In this document: positions 47,805 through 57,984 of the stretch, in pieces
Layout of the letters: the number at the start of each line of letters is the position of its first letter
Numbering within the stretch: position 1 is the first letter of the stretch
DNA from: Firmicutes bacterium AF25-13AC
Lineage (GTDB): Bacteria > Actinomycetota > Coriobacteriia > Coriobacteriales > Coriobacteriaceae
Direction of reading: 5' to 3'
Assembly (NCBI GenBank): GCA_963621725.1
Contig: CAVFEY010000003.1
Coordinates: 3,327-67,326, forward strand
Length of the DNA: 64,000 nt
Notes under the pieces: generated by a model
Database searches by the model: none
Told to the model about the DNA's origin: nothing
The model's input: only the letters and a program-made list of their open reading frames with translations
Made by a program: the position numbers and the translations under genes

Positions 47805-48506
47805 GTGGGCGAACCGAAAATCGTGGTGGTCGACTACCACAAGGGCAACTTGTCGAGCGTCGTGCGCGGGCTTGCGCGCGCCGGTGCCGCCGCCTGCACG
47901 TCGGACGATCCGGAGCAGATCCGCAACGCCGACGGCCTGGTCATCCCGGGCGTGGGCGCGTTCTATGACGCGATTGCCTTTATGCGCCAGAGCGGCGAGG
48001 AGACGGCCGTGCTCGATGCTGTCGCCGCTGGAACTCCGTTGCTCGGCATCTGCCTGGGTCTTCAGCTATTTTTTGAGCGCGGCGACGAGGGCGTGCCGGC
48101 GGACGAGGGCACGGTCGCGGACGGAAACGCTCCCAAACAGGCTGACGGTCCCTGGGTCGATGGCCTGAGTATTATGCGCGGCTCGTGCACGCGCCTGGAG
48201 TCGAGCCGCCTGAAGGTGCCGCACGTGGGCTGGGACCAGGTGCACATGACGTCCGCCGGTGCGGCTGATCCGCTGCTTGCCGGTTTTGCCGAGGGCGCCA
48301 ACATGTACTTCACCCACAGCTACGCGGTGTCCGACGACGTCGATGCCGCCGATGTGTTGGCACGCACGCACTATACACGGAGTTTCCCGTGCATCGTGCG
48401 CCATGGCAACGTGTGGGGCTGCCAGTTCCATCCCGAGAAATCCTCCGCGCTGGGTCAGTGCATCCTTAAGAACTTCGTCAACATCGTCGAGGAGGTCGGC
48501 CGATGA
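47805..48506 (+). CDS. hisH: imidazole glycerol phosphate synthase, glutamine amidotransferase subunit
   Basis: GICLGLQ (catalytic Cys), HVGW and FHPEKS. GTG at 47805 follows AAGGGAGGG. There is a ~25-aa insert after the Cys motif. Confidence 0.85.
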   Translation: MGEPKIVVVDYHKGNLSSVVRGLARAGAAACTSDDPEQIRNADGLVIPGVGAFYDAIAFMRQSGEETAVLDAVAAGTPLLGICLGLQLFFERGDEGVPADEGTVADGNAPKQADGPWVDGLSIMRGSCTRLESSRLKVPHVGWDQVHMTSAGAADPLLAGFAEGANMYFTHSYAVSDDVDAADVLARTHYTRSFPCIVRHGNVWGCQFHPEKSSALGQCILKNFVNIVEEVGR

Positions 48507-49246
48507 TCCTGTTTCCCGCAATCGATCTGATCGGCGGCAAGGTTGTACGCCTGGAGCGCGGCGACCGCAGCCGCTGCAAGGTATATTCCGACGACCCCGT
48601 GGCCGTTGCCCGCTCGTTTGCCGAGCAGGGCGCAAGCTGGGTGCATGTCGTCGACCTATCCGCTGCCTTTGGCGAGGACGAGGACACATGCGCTGCCAAC
48701 TCGGCGGCGATTAAGGCCATCTGCGGCGTCGGCGGTCTGTCCGTGGACGTGGGCGGCGGCGTTCGCTCACTCGCGCGCATCGATGAGCTGGCAGGCTATG
48801 GTGCTCGCCGCATTGCGCTGGGCACCGTGCTCGTGACCGAGCCGGGTTTTGCTGAGGTGGCAGCCCAAGGCTTTGGCGAGCTGCTGGTCGCCGACATTGC
48901 CGCGCGCGACGGCCAGGTTAAGGTGAACGGCTGGCGCGACGGCGCGGGCGTGGCGCTCGACGATGCCGTGGCGCAGCTTACCGAGCTGGGCTTTAAGCAT
49001 CTGGTGTATACCGACATCGCGCGCGATGGCATGCAGACGGGCATCGACGTGGCGGCATATCGCCATGTGGCGCAGGTCGCGGGCTTTCCCGTCGTGGCGT
49101 CGGGCGGTATCTCGACGCTCGGCGATATTCGCGCGCTTGCCGCGGTGGGCGAGGGCGCCATCGAGGGTGCTATCACTGGTCGTGCGCTCTACGAGGGCAA
49201 CTTTACGCTGGCCCAGGCGCTGGCCGCCGCCCGAGGGGAGGAGTAG
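48503..49246 (+). CDS. hisA: 1-(5-phosphoribosyl)-5-[(5-phosphoribosylamino)methylideneamino]imidazole-4-carboxamide isomerase
   Basis: MILFPAIDLIGGKVVRL ... ASGGIS pattern. Start overlaps the hisH stop. Confidence 0.9.
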   Translation: MILFPAIDLIGGKVVRLERGDRSRCKVYSDDPVAVARSFAEQGASWVHVVDLSAAFGEDEDTCAANSAAIKAICGVGGLSVDVGGGVRSLARIDELAGYGARRIALGTVLVTEPGFAEVAAQGFGELLVADIAARDGQVKVNGWRDGAGVALDDAVAQLTELGFKHLVYTDIARDGMQTGIDVAAYRHVAQVAGFPVVASGGISTLGDIRALAAVGEGAIEGAITGRALYEGNFTLAQALAAARGEE

Positions 49247-49249
49247 CCC

Positions 49250-50032
49250 ATGCTTACCAAACGCGTAATTCCCTGTCTGGATGTTAAGGACGGCCGCGTG
49301 GTCAAGGGCGTCAACTTTGTGAGCTTGCGCGATGCGGGCGACCCGGTGGAGCTAGCGCGCGCCTACGATCGCGAGGGTGCGGACGAGGTCGTCTTCCTGG
49401 ATATTACCGCCACGAGTGACAACCGCGCGACGACTATCGAGATGGCGGCGCATGCGGCCGAGGAGCTGGCTATTCCCTATACCGTGGGCGGCGGCTTTCG
49501 CAATCTTGCGGGCATGCGCACCATGGTTGCCGCCGGTGCCGACAAGGTGTCGCTCAACTCGGCGGCCGTGCGCGACCCGTCGCTGATTAGCCAGGCTGCC
49601 GCGGCGTTTGGCAGCCAGGCCGTGGTCGTGGCGATCGATGCCAAGCGCGTCGGTTTGCCCGGAGAGTCGGGTGCCGATAGGTGGGAGGTCTTTACCGCAG
49701 GAGGTCGCAACGCTACGGGTATCGACGCGGTGGCGTGGGCCGAGGAGGCGGCTCGTCGCGGCGCCGGCGAAATCCTGCTGACCAGCATGGATCGCGACGG
49801 CACCAAGGCCGGCTTTGATTTGGCGCTCACCCGCGCCGTGGCGCGCGCGGTGCCGATTCCCGTCATCGCGAGCGGCGGCGTGGGCACACTCGAGCATTTT
49901 GCCGAGGGCGTGATCGAGGGCGAGGCCGACGCTGTGCTGGCGGCGAGCGTCTTTCACTTTGGAACCTTCAGCATTCGCGAAGTCAAAGAGTATATGGCCT
50001 CTCAAGGTATTCCTGTGAGGCTGGACTTCTAA
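49250..50032 (+). CDS. hisF: imidazole glycerol phosphate synthase, cyclase subunit
   Basis: [16 protein letters not shown] ... [13 protein letters not shown] ... ASGG. Confidence 0.9.
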   Translation: MLTKRVIPCLDVKDGRVVKGVNFVSLRDAGDPVELARAYDREGADEVVFLDITATSDNRATTIEMAAHAAEELAIPYTVGGGFRNLAGMRTMVAAGADKVSLNSAAVRDPSLISQAAAAFGSQAVVVAIDAKRVGLPGESGADRWEVFTAGGRNATGIDAVAWAEEAARRGAGEILLTSMDRDGTKAGFDLALTRAVARAVPIPVIASGGVGTLEHFAEGVIEGEADAVLAASVFHFGTFSIREVKEYMASQGIPVRLDF

Positions 50033-50174
50033 TGCTGCGGCTTGCCCAGGCACCCGACCTTCCGGCTCCAACCCTCCTCGCGTACTTAAGTACGCGTCGT
50101 CGGGCTTGTCGCTCGGAATCTCGGGCACCTGGACAACCCTCGCCGACCGGCGATGTTTAAATTGGGGAATTGAA

Positions 50175-50516
50175 ATGAGAGAAATTACTACTCCAGTGGA
50201 TCTTAAATACGACGCCAAAGGATTAATTCCTTGTGTGGTTCAGCAATATGACACTGGTGAGGTGCTTATGGTTGCTTGGATGAACGAGGAATCGGTGGGG
50301 CTGACGCTCAAGACCGGCACCACGTGGTTTTGGAGCCGCAGCCGCCAGGAGCTCTGGAACAAAGGCGCGACGAGCGGCAACATGCAGGAGGTCAAGGAGC
50401 TCTGGGCCGACTGCGATAGCGATACGCTGCTGGTCAAGGTCGACTCGCCGGGTCCGGCCTGCCACACCGGCAACCGTACCTGCTTCTTTAAGCGCGTGGA
50501 AGGGGGAGTGCGATGA
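50175..50516 (+). CDS. hisI: phosphoribosyl-AMP cyclohydrolase
   Basis: [24 protein letters not shown] ... [19 protein letters not shown] ... CHTG. Confidence 0.9.
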   Translation: MREITTPVDLKYDAKGLIPCVVQQYDTGEVLMVAWMNEESVGLTLKTGTTWFWSRSRQELWNKGATSGNMQEVKELWADCDSDTLLVKVDSPGPACHTGNRTCFFKRVEGGVR

Positions 50517-50740
50517 AAGTCGTGACGCCGTTCGAGGTCGCCGACTGCAACACCGAGCTCCTCCGCGCGGGCGTGCCATGCCGCGTGCACCTGACTGATG
50601 CCTGCGGGGCGCAGTCGCTTTGGCTCGAGGCCGAGAAAGAAAGGCTCGATGAGGCCCATGCCGTCATCGTCGAGTTCTTTGAGAAAAAGGGCGCAAAGCC
50701 TCGGTTCGATGAGACCGGTACCTACTTTACGCTGCAGTAA
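50513..50740 (+). CDS. small hypothetical protein embedded between hisI and hisE
   Basis: 75-aa ORF whose ATG overlaps the hisI stop (ATGA) and which ends 15 nt before hisE. No recognisable motif. Confidence 0.5.
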   Translation: MKVVTPFEVADCNTELLRAGVPCRVHLTDACGAQSLWLEAEKERLDEAHAVIVEFFEKKGAKPRFDETGTYFTLQ

Positions 50741-50755
50741 CGAGAGGAAATAACC

Positions 50756-51073
50756 ATGGGAGTCAGAACAGCTAACGTGCAGCCGGGAAATATCGGCGAG
50801 ACGCTGACGGGACTGGCCGAGGTGATTCACGGCCGTCGCGACGCATCGCCGCAGGAGAGCTATACCGCCCGTCTGTTGACCGACGTCGAGGATGAGCTGC
50901 TCAAGAAGCTTGCCGAGGAGGCGAGCGAGGTGATCATGGCCTGCAAGGACAACGACCACGACCACATCCGCTACGAAGCTGGCGACCTGGTCTACCATCT
51001 GCTCGTAACGCTCGAACGCTACGGTATCACCCTCGACGAGCTGGCCGGCGAACTCAACGCCCGCCGCCACTAG
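50756..51073 (+). CDS. hisE: phosphoribosyl-ATP pyrophosphatase
   Basis: SYTARLL...KKLAEEASEVIMA...EAGDLVYHLLV (MazG-like all-alpha HisE pattern). Confidence 0.85.
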   Translation: MGVRTANVQPGNIGETLTGLAEVIHGRRDASPQESYTARLLTDVEDELLKKLAEEASEVIMACKDNDHDHIRYEAGDLVYHLLVTLERYGITLDELAGELNARRH

Positions 51074-51139
51074 TCATTGGGGACGTTCTTAAACGACTAG
51101 TCGTTTGGGACAGTCTTTGTTGGTGTAACGGGGTCATGG

Positions 51140-51208
51140 AAGTTGCGGTGAAATAGGGACTGTTTAAGCGCTTCATCAGGCAAAACAATCCCTATTCCAC
51201 CGCAACTT
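51140..51208. repeat. family-2 palindromic element, copy A
   Basis: AAGTTGCGGTGAAATAGGGA - loop - TCCCTATTCCACCGCAACTT, in the convergent gap between hisE and hisK. Confidence 0.85.
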
Positions 51209-51220
51209 ATGAAGGGATGG

Positions 51221-52132
51221 CTAGTCGAGGGGTGTGGGTTGCCATTCGCCGTTGGGGTGGGGGATGTCGAAGGTTCGGTAGCCGCAGTCGTAAGCGTGGG
51301 CCTGGGCCTCGCGGATGTTCCAGCAGATGTCGCAGGCGCGGTGTGCGTCCGAGCCAAAGGTGATGGGTACCTCGGCGTGGGCGAAGCAACGCAATAGCCC
51401 GGTCGCGGGATAGTAATCGTCGAGCCCCTTGCGCGGCGCGGCGGTCGAGACCTCAACGCGGCGGCCTGTGTCGTGAGCGCACTCGGCCATCTGCCCCCAG
51501 AACGGCGTCGGGTCAAAGTCGGGCGCAAAGCCTTCCTTCGAAAAGCGCATGACCAGGTCGGGATGGGCCATTACGTCAAAGTTGAGTGAGCTTTCGCAGG
51601 CGCGGCACCAGTCGTCGACGTAGCGCTCCCACACGCCGTGTACCCCCAGGTTTTCCCAAACATGCAGGTTGGTGTCATCATCGATCCAGCCGCAGCGCGA
51701 ATCGGGTGTATCGGGGCGAGCGACGTCTTCCGTTCCCGCCGCACCCGCGGCACCGGCCATGATATCGCCCGGATAGCCAATCCAGTGCACACTGCCCAAG
51801 CGCACTATGGCACTCGCGGACCAGCGCTCAACCAGAGGCTCGCAACCTTCGTACCAATCGCATTCAAAGCCATAGATAAGCTCGAGCTCCGGCGTGATCT
51901 GCGCGGCGAGCTTGCGGGCATCCTCAAAGGCCAGACGATGTGCCGTCAGGTCACCCTCGACAACCTGTACTTCGCAGTTGGCGTCCATGCTGACGGGCAG
52001 GGTGAGGTGATCGGTCGAGACCATGACGCGGCAACCGGCCGCAGCAGCGGCGCGAACGTTGTCCTCAAACGAGGCATGTCCGTCCGAAAACGAGGTGTGG
52101 GTGTGGCAATCGACCAGCGGGCATGCGGGCAT
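51221..52132 (-). CDS. hisK: histidinol-phosphatase, PHP family
   Basis: VDCHTHTSFSDGH ... STDH ... PHP metal-binding pattern. ATG at 52132 is preceded by AAGGAG; the longer ORF to 52333 lacks support. Confidence 0.8.
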   Translation of the reverse strand: MPACPLVDCHTHTSFSDGHASFEDNVRAAAAAGCRVMVSTDHLTLPVSMDANCEVQVVEGDLTAHRLAFEDARKLAAQITPELELIYGFECDWYEGCEPLVERWSASAIVRLGSVHWIGYPGDIMAGAAGAAGTEDVARPDTPDSRCGWIDDDTNLHVWENLGVHGVWERYVDDWCRACESSLNFDVMAHPDLVMRFSKEGFAPDFDPTPFWGQMAECAHDTGRRVEVSTAAPRKGLDDYYPATGLLRCFAHAEVPITFGSDAHRACDICWNIREAQAHAYDCGYRTFDIPHPNGEWQPTPLD

Positions 52133-52433
52133 GGCGACTCCTTTGCATTTGGCGAATCCGCTCCATTGTAATGTTGCAGCTCTCAACACGCCGCGCGCGC
52201 CGGAGCTCGAAATCGATTGGAAAGGCTGCGCGGCGCGGCCTCGCTTGCTCCAATACATGTACATCAGCCTCCAAAAGCTGCAAATAATGACATGTTTGGC
52301 CGGGGCGGTGGAGTGTCGGTTTCTTGTCGACAAGGAAAATCGCGCTCATCACGCGCCGTCACACTCGCGCAGCCTGCGATGTGCTAGCGTTTGGGTGAAC
52401 AAAACGAGCCCGCGCGGAAAGGATCCAGACCGT

Positions 52434-52919
52434 ATGCAATGCGATAGCACATCCCCGCTGTCTCGCGAGACTGATGCGCCCGAAACTATCGTCAAACTGG
52501 AGTGCGACATCGATGATGCGTCGCCCGAGGTGCTTGCCTACGCTGCCGATTGCCTGCGCAAGGCCGGCGCCCGCGAGGTGCATTGGTTGCCGCTTTACTG
52601 CAAAAAGGGCCGCCCCGGCTGGCAGCTGCAGGTAATCTGCTCGCACGATGATATCGAGCGCTTGCAGACGATTATCTTTTTGGAGACCACGACCAACGCC
52701 ATTCGTCGCCAGGTGATGGAACGCGTTTGCCTGCCACGCCGCTTTGAGCGCGTAACGACGCCATGGGGCGAGGTATCCGTTAAGGTGGCGACCCTGCCCG
52801 ACGGCAGCGAGCGCGCGGCTCCCGAGTACGAGGATTGCGCCCGTCTTGCCCGCGAACATGGCGTGCCGCTCCAACGTGTGATGCAGGCGGCTCAGAGCGC
52901 GGCGCTGCGATTCGAGTAA
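52434..52919 (+). CDS. LarC-family (DUF111) C-terminal domain protein, stand-alone
   Basis: ECDIDDASPEVLAYAADCLRKAGAREVHWLPLYCKKGRPGWQLQVIC ... TPWGEVSVKV resembles only the C-terminal part of the nickel-pincer chelatase LarC. No N-terminal domain is visible upstream in any frame. Confidence 0.55.
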   Translation: MQCDSTSPLSRETDAPETIVKLECDIDDASPEVLAYAADCLRKAGAREVHWLPLYCKKGRPGWQLQVICSHDDIERLQTIIFLETTTNAIRRQVMERVCLPRRFERVTTPWGEVSVKVATLPDGSERAAPEYEDCARLAREHGVPLQRVMQAAQSAALRFE

Positions 52920-52992
52920 CACGGTAGATGGGCTCCGCATCCGCCGGACCCCGTATTCAGCCCCCATCAACCCCATTCGAAAGGATCTCCCC

Positions 52993-53541
52993 ATGAAATA
53001 CCTCATCGCCTCCGACATCCACGGCTCGGCATACTGGGCCGAGCGCCTCTGCGCCGCCATCGAGTCCGAGCAGCCTGACCGCGTCGTGCTGCTGGGCGAC
53101 CTGCTCTACCACGGTCCACGCAACGACCTGCCACGCGATTACGCTCCCAAGCGCGTTATCCCGCTGCTCAACGCCCTGGCCGACCGCATCATCGCGGTGC
53201 GCGGCAACTGCGACGCCGAGGTCGACCAGATGGTGCTCGACTTCCCCGTCATGGCCGACTACGCCACGCTGTTCGACGAGACCGGCCGCGAGCTGTTCCT
53301 GACGCACGGCCATGTCTTTGGCGCCGGCATGCACAACAGCGTCGACCACGCGCCCGCGTTGCCCGAGGGCTCCGCGCTCGTCTACGGCCACACGCACATC
53401 AAGGTCAACGAGGAAAGCGCCGCGCACCCGGGCCTGTGGCTCTTCAACCCCGGCAGCGTGAGCATCCCCAAGGACGGCACGCACAGCTACGGCATCTACG
53501 AGGGCGGAGCGTTCCGCCACGTGATCCTGGAGGAGGACTAA
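52993..53541 (+). CDS. YfcE/MJ0936-family metallophosphoesterase
   Basis: MKYLIASDIHGS, GDLLYHG, GNCD, THGH and GHTH motifs. Confidence 0.85.
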   Translation: MKYLIASDIHGSAYWAERLCAAIESEQPDRVVLLGDLLYHGPRNDLPRDYAPKRVIPLLNALADRIIAVRGNCDAEVDQMVLDFPVMADYATLFDETGRELFLTHGHVFGAGMHNSVDHAPALPEGSALVYGHTHIKVNEESAAHPGLWLFNPGSVSIPKDGTHSYGIYEGGAFRHVILEED

Positions 53542-53543
53542 CC

Positions 53544-54404
53544 ATGGCGCAGCATATGGCTCAGCAAAATGCCGAGGGCTCGCGCGATCTGTCCACGCTG
53601 ATAGACGCGTCGGCCGAGCTGCAGTATCTGGTGCAGACCATCTGGCGTCTGCGTCAGCCCGATGGCTGCCCGTGGGACCGCGAGCAGACGCACCGCAGCA
53701 TCGGCAAGAACATGATCGAGGAGGCCTACGAGGCGCTCGACTGCATCGAGGCGGACGACGCGGTTCACCTGCGCGAGGAACTGGGTGACGTGCTCATGCA
53801 GGTCGTGCTGCATGCGCAGATTGCTGCCGACGCCGGCGAGTTTACGCTGGCCGACGTGGCGCGCGATATCGACGCCAAGCTCATTCGCCGCCACCCGCAC
53901 GTGTTTGGCGATGCGGATGCCGAGAGCTCCGACGAGGTGCTCAAGATTTGGGACGAGGTCAAGCTTGCCGAGAAAGCCGCCAAGGACAAGGCCGTGGCGG
54001 CGGGCGAGGCCGCGCCCGAGGGTCTGCTCGATGGCGTGCCCACGCATCTGCCGGCGTTGATGCAGGCGCAGAAGGTGTCACGCAAGGCGGCTGCCGTGGG
54101 CTTTGAGTGGGAGACGGTCCAGGACGTGTGGGACGAGGTTGCCGAGGAACGTGCCGAGTTTGAGGCCGAGGCCCCTGGCTCGCCCGAGCGCGAAATGGAG
54201 TTTGGCGATCTGCTCTTTGCCCTGGTCAACGTCGCGCGCAAGGAGGGTATCGACGCCGAGAGCGCCCTGCGCGCGAGCACGGCCAAGTTTCGCCGTCGCT
54301 GGGCTGCGATGGAACAGATGGCGGCCGATGCCCACGTTGATCTTGCCGAGCTTTCGACCCATGGGCTCAACGACCTGTGGGACGCAGCAAAGGCAGGGGA
54401 GTAA
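53544..54404 (+). CDS. mazG: nucleoside triphosphate pyrophosphohydrolase MazG
   Basis: CPWDREQTHRSI ... EEAYE ... ELGDVL and a second EEVAE...EFGDLLF repeat. Confidence 0.85.
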   Translation: MAQHMAQQNAEGSRDLSTLIDASAELQYLVQTIWRLRQPDGCPWDREQTHRSIGKNMIEEAYEALDCIEADDAVHLREELGDVLMQVVLHAQIAADAGEFTLADVARDIDAKLIRRHPHVFGDADAESSDEVLKIWDEVKLAEKAAKDKAVAAGEAAPEGLLDGVPTHLPALMQAQKVSRKAAAVGFEWETVQDVWDEVAEERAEFEAEAPGSPEREMEFGDLLFALVNVARKEGIDAESALRASTAKFRRRWAAMEQMAADAHVDLAELSTHGLNDLWDAAKAGE

Positions 54405-54581
54405 GACTGCGGGAACGACGGGCTGACACGCCTCATCGTTCCCGCTAAATTTTTCGAAAATCAAGTGTATCCCTCGGCTAACTTAGGGCATAATGCAAAA
54501 AGTGCGACATGGCTAACTTACGGAGGCGCACCGACGGTGCACGGTCAGCCGGTCGCTTGCATCCACTACGTTTCCAAGTGA

Positions 54582-55883
<1,302 letters not shown>

Positions 55884-55946
55884 ACAAGTGGCGCTCGCGG
55901 GGGGCGGGGTTGACTCGGCTCCGTTCCACTTCTGATGGCCGCCATT

Positions 55947-55980
55947 GGGCGCTGGGCCATATGGCTCAGCGCCTTTTTTA
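55947..55980 (+). terminator. terminator of eno
   Basis: GGGCGCTGGGCC-ATAT-GGCTCAGCGCC followed by TTTTTT. Confidence 0.8.
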
Positions 55981-56070
55981 TGTCGAGCAAGGGCCGCCGA
56001 AGGCGTTGCGCGCGCTCGTGCTATAACTAAAAGACTTAGCGCAAACAAACCTCAACCGCACAAGGCGCAC

Positions 56071-56841
56071 ATGGATCAGATTTACGACAACAGGTACTAT
56101 TCCGCCGGTTCGCGTGAGCCGTCACCTCGCCGTGCGCGCACGGTGCAGCTCGGCGGGTCCGATTACGCCGGTGCCGACTGCTCCACGCAGCGACCGACAA
56201 GTGCCTCACACTCCCGTGCTCAAATGAATACGTCGACGGACCGCCCGCTACGTTCGGTGCGCCCGGCGCACTCGGAGCATGCTCAGCGTTCCTCGGCTCA
56301 AACGCATGAAAAGCCGAGTAGGCCCTCGAACCGTCTTTCGGGCTCGGACTTCATGCATTACGCCAACGATAACGCGGTGGTCAAGGCAATCTACGACTTT
56401 ACCCACGGTCCCCAGCGGGGGCTGTTTGTTGGCATTGTCGTCGCCCTGGCGCTTGTGAGCCTGTATTTCCCCGTGCGCGACCTGTATGTGGCAAAACGCT
56501 CGAGCGACATCTTGGCCAAGCAGGTCGAGATTCGCGAGCAATATAACGACGACCTGCAAAAAAGCGTCGACAAGCTGCTCTCGGAGGAGGGTATCAAGGA
56601 CGCGGCATCCGAGGACCTGGGCCTGGTGATGCCCGGCGAGAAGAGGATTGAAGTGCAGGGCCTGGACGACGATTCGGATGCCTCGTCGAGCAAAAAGTCC
56701 TCAAACGCCAAGAAGGCCAGCGAAGTGGCCAAGGAAATCGAAGAAGTCGGTAAGGACGCGCCGTGGTACATCCAAGCGCTCGACATGCTGTTTGGGTTTA
56801 ACGGCGTCGAGGGTCAGACGGTCGTGTCCAACGGCAAATAG
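56071..56841 (+). CDS. FtsB/DivIC-like septum formation initiator with an extended N-terminal tail
   Basis: A single TM (LFVGIVVALALVSLYFPV) is followed by a coiled coil (RDLYVAKRSSDILAKQVEIREQYNDDLQKSV) and LGLVMPGEKRIEV. Position after eno is conserved in many bacteria. Confidence 0.7.
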   Translation: MDQIYDNRYYSAGSREPSPRRARTVQLGGSDYAGADCSTQRPTSASHSRAQMNTSTDRPLRSVRPAHSEHAQRSSAQTHEKPSRPSNRLSGSDFMHYANDNAVVKAIYDFTHGPQRGLFVGIVVALALVSLYFPVRDLYVAKRSSDILAKQVEIREQYNDDLQKSVDKLLSEEGIKDAASEDLGLVMPGEKRIEVQGLDDDSDASSSKKSSNAKKASEVAKEIEEVGKDAPWYIQALDMLFGFNGVEGQTVVSNGK

Positions 56842-56861
56842 CGCCCGGAGGGGAGCTCGCA

Positions 56862-57863
56862 ATGACAAATTGCAAACGCTATAAGGTGGCCGCGATCGAC
56901 CTGGGAACGGTGTCGTCGCGACTGGTGTTGGCCCAGGTCGAGGGCGGGGCAATCGTGGAATCGTCCAAGCATACCGAGATTACCGATCTGGGTGAGGGCG
57001 TGGACGCGACGGGCCGCTTTTGCGAGGCGGCCGTTGAGCGCGTGCTCGCTGCGTGCCGCATGTTTGTGGACGAGGCTCGTGCCTTTGGGGCCGCGTGCAT
57101 CTGCACCACCTGCACGAGCGCCGCGCGTGATGCGTCCAACGCAGCACTGCTGCTGGACGGCCTGCGCGATCTGGGGCTTGAGCCACAGGTGATTCCGGGC
57201 GAGGTCGAGGCACGCCTGACGTTTTTTGGCGTGGCGCACGACTTTGCCGGCGAGCGCATCATTGTTGCCGATTCGGGCGGCGGATCCACGGAGCTCGCGA
57301 CGGGCGTCTATGCGCCGGAGCGTGGCGTCTTTGCGCTAGAAGGGACGCGCTCGCTGGACATTGGCTGCCGCCGCGTGACGGAGCGGTTTTTCTCGACGCT
57401 GCCACCCGCACGCGGCGAGCTTGCTGCCGCTGCCGCGTGGGCAGGCGAGCAGTTCGCCGCCTATTTTGAAGGCCTGCCCAGCGACTTTGAGCGCGCCGAG
57501 CGTCTGGTCGCGGTGGGTGGCACGGTGACTACGCTGGTGGCTCTGGTCCACGAGCTGGAACCGTACGATTCGAGCTTTGTTCACCTACGCGAGCTGTCGC
57601 TGGAGCAGGTCTCGGCCGCTATCGAGCGCATGTCTGTGTTGGACGCGGAAGGCATCGCCGCGCTACCGGGTGTACAGCTCAAACGCGCGGGCGTGATCTT
57701 GGCTGGCGCCGTGGTGATCCGCGAACTCATGCGTGCCGGCGGCTACAAGACGCTCACCGTAAGCGAGAACAGCCTGCTCGCCGGTATGGCCGCCACCATC
57801 AACGAGACCCTCGACGGCGCGACCCCCACCATCGGCTGGACCCCCAGCCTCAGCGCCCTCTAA
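56862..57863 (+). CDS. Ppx/GppA-family phosphatase
   Basis: AAIDLGTVSSRLV, DSGGGSTEL (ASKHA fold phosphate motifs). Confidence 0.85.
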   Translation: MTNCKRYKVAAIDLGTVSSRLVLAQVEGGAIVESSKHTEITDLGEGVDATGRFCEAAVERVLAACRMFVDEARAFGAACICTTCTSAARDASNAALLLDGLRDLGLEPQVIPGEVEARLTFFGVAHDFAGERIIVADSGGGSTELATGVYAPERGVFALEGTRSLDIGCRRVTERFFSTLPPARGELAAAAAWAGEQFAAYFEGLPSDFERAERLVAVGGTVTTLVALVHELEPYDSSFVHLRELSLEQVSAAIERMSVLDAEGIAALPGVQLKRAGVILAGAVVIRELMRAGGYKTLTVSENSLLAGMAATINETLDGATPTIGWTPSLSAL

Positions 57864-57868
57864 ATAAT

Positions 57869-57936
57869 AAGTTGCGGTGAAATACGGACTAAAATCGCCC
57901 TTTCGGGCACCAAACAGTCCCTATTCCACCGAAACT
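57869..57936. repeat. family-2 palindromic element, copy B
   Basis: AAGTTGCGGTGAAATACGGACT - loop - AGTCCCTATTCCACCGAAACT. Confidence 0.8.
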
Positions 57937-57984
57937 CAACAGCCGGCACCTGGGGACAGTCCTTGCGGGGCGTCCCCACAGCGC

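Noticed and set aside
50079-50096. Perfect 18-bp palindrome CGCGTACTTAAGTACGCG between hisF and hisI, and 16-bp AAACGACTAGTCGTTT at 51091-51106
   Set aside because: They are real in the sequence, but they are loop-less short palindromes with single occurrences. I see no basis for assigning a function.
52023-52433. N-terminal extension of the LarC-like ORF (298-aa version in the track)
   Set aside because: The extension overlaps the hisK start region on the opposite strand, has no LarC N-domain similarity and lacks an RBS. The ATG at 52434 was chosen.
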